A DNA stretch of 64,000 nt, taken from Tortispora ganteri (lineage: Eukaryota). The notes beneath the pieces are model-generated. The model did not search any database. It had not been told where the DNA came from and saw only the letters and a program-made list of their open reading frames with translations. The DNA lies in assembly GCA_003707115.1 (NCBI GenBank), contig PPNB01000011.1, positions 124,001 to 188,000 of the forward strand. Reading direction: 5' to 3'. A program made the position numbers and the translations under genes. Shown in pieces: positions 63,615 to 64,000 of the stretch; positions within the stretch are counted from its first letter, which is position 1, and the number at the start of each line of letters is the position of its first letter.

Positions 63615-64000
63615 ATGATGGTTGAGGAGGATCATGCGGTTAAACGGGTGAAGACAGATGGATATACACCTGGTATTGCGCCAATCAGGAAGGAGTATTT
63701 ATTGGATCGGCCAGTTGATGATATTGTGGAGATCGACGACGACGCTGCCGAGGGTATCATCGAGGGTAAACCAGAGAAGAAGAAGAAGAAAGCTCGAGGT
63801 CAGAATAAGGCTAGAACATTTACGAATATAAGAGAGAAGATCCAGTTATGTGACAAAATTGTTAATGGTGAGGAGTGTCAATTTGGTGGATCTTGTAAGT
63901 TTGAGCACGATGTCGAAAAGTATCTGGCGAACAAGTCGCCTGATCTAGAAGGACCATGCCCCGTAGAGGCAGATCTGGGTCGTTGTAGACAAGGCGTCAA
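63615..64000 (+). CDS. DUS3: tRNA-dihydrouridine(47) synthase, 3'-partial (absent from ORF track)
   Basis: My translation from ATG 63615 stays open to the window end: GIAPIRKEYL, DDDAAE, RGQNKAR, CCCH finger (C..CQFGGSCKFEHD) and GPCPV. Confidence 0.88.
   Translation, partial: MMVEEDHAVKRVKTDGYTPGIAPIRKEYLLDRPVDDIVEIDDDAAEGIIEGKPEKKKKKARGQNKARTFTNIREKIQLCDKIVNGEECQFGGSCKFEHDVEKYLANKSPDLEGPCPVEADLGRCRQGV

Noticed and set aside
1..64000. Transposons, LTRs, CRISPR arrays, rRNA, horizontally acquired island
   Set aside because: No transposase or reverse transcriptase ORF, long terminal repeats or spaced repeat arrays; all genes look like native fungal families.

Overview
Gene-dense, intron-poor nuclear DNA of a fungus, most likely an early-diverging ascomycete yeast (inference). 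CUG aligns with conserved Leu, so the standard code applies. I call 37 protein-coding genes, two cut by the window edges (SKI3, DUS3), and can support only three short spliceosomal introns. I see no tRNA, rRNA, transposon or CRISPR. Content is mostly housekeeping: RNA processing and ribosome biogenesis, respiration, proteasome, folate and mevalonate synthesis. There is also a loose group of peroxisome-type genes. Most notable: (1) a FOX2 beta-oxidation enzyme with two complete, intact hydratase-2 modules (about 1222 aa versus about 900 normally); (2) a tandem pair of PTS1-ended nitronate-monooxygenase-family flavoenzymes, where the first copy shares FarA/Por1-type and TGTGGGGGAA promoter motifs with FOX2; (3) a 6-nt microexon in YIH1, with an identical TACTAAC-NNN-TAG ending in all three introns; (4) probable non-AUG initiation in ULP2 and FOL1; (5) a TDA10-like protein with no Walker A motif; (6) clustered Nrg1 sites upstream of the NRG1-like gene. 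All calls come from reading motifs by eye; no database searches were run.
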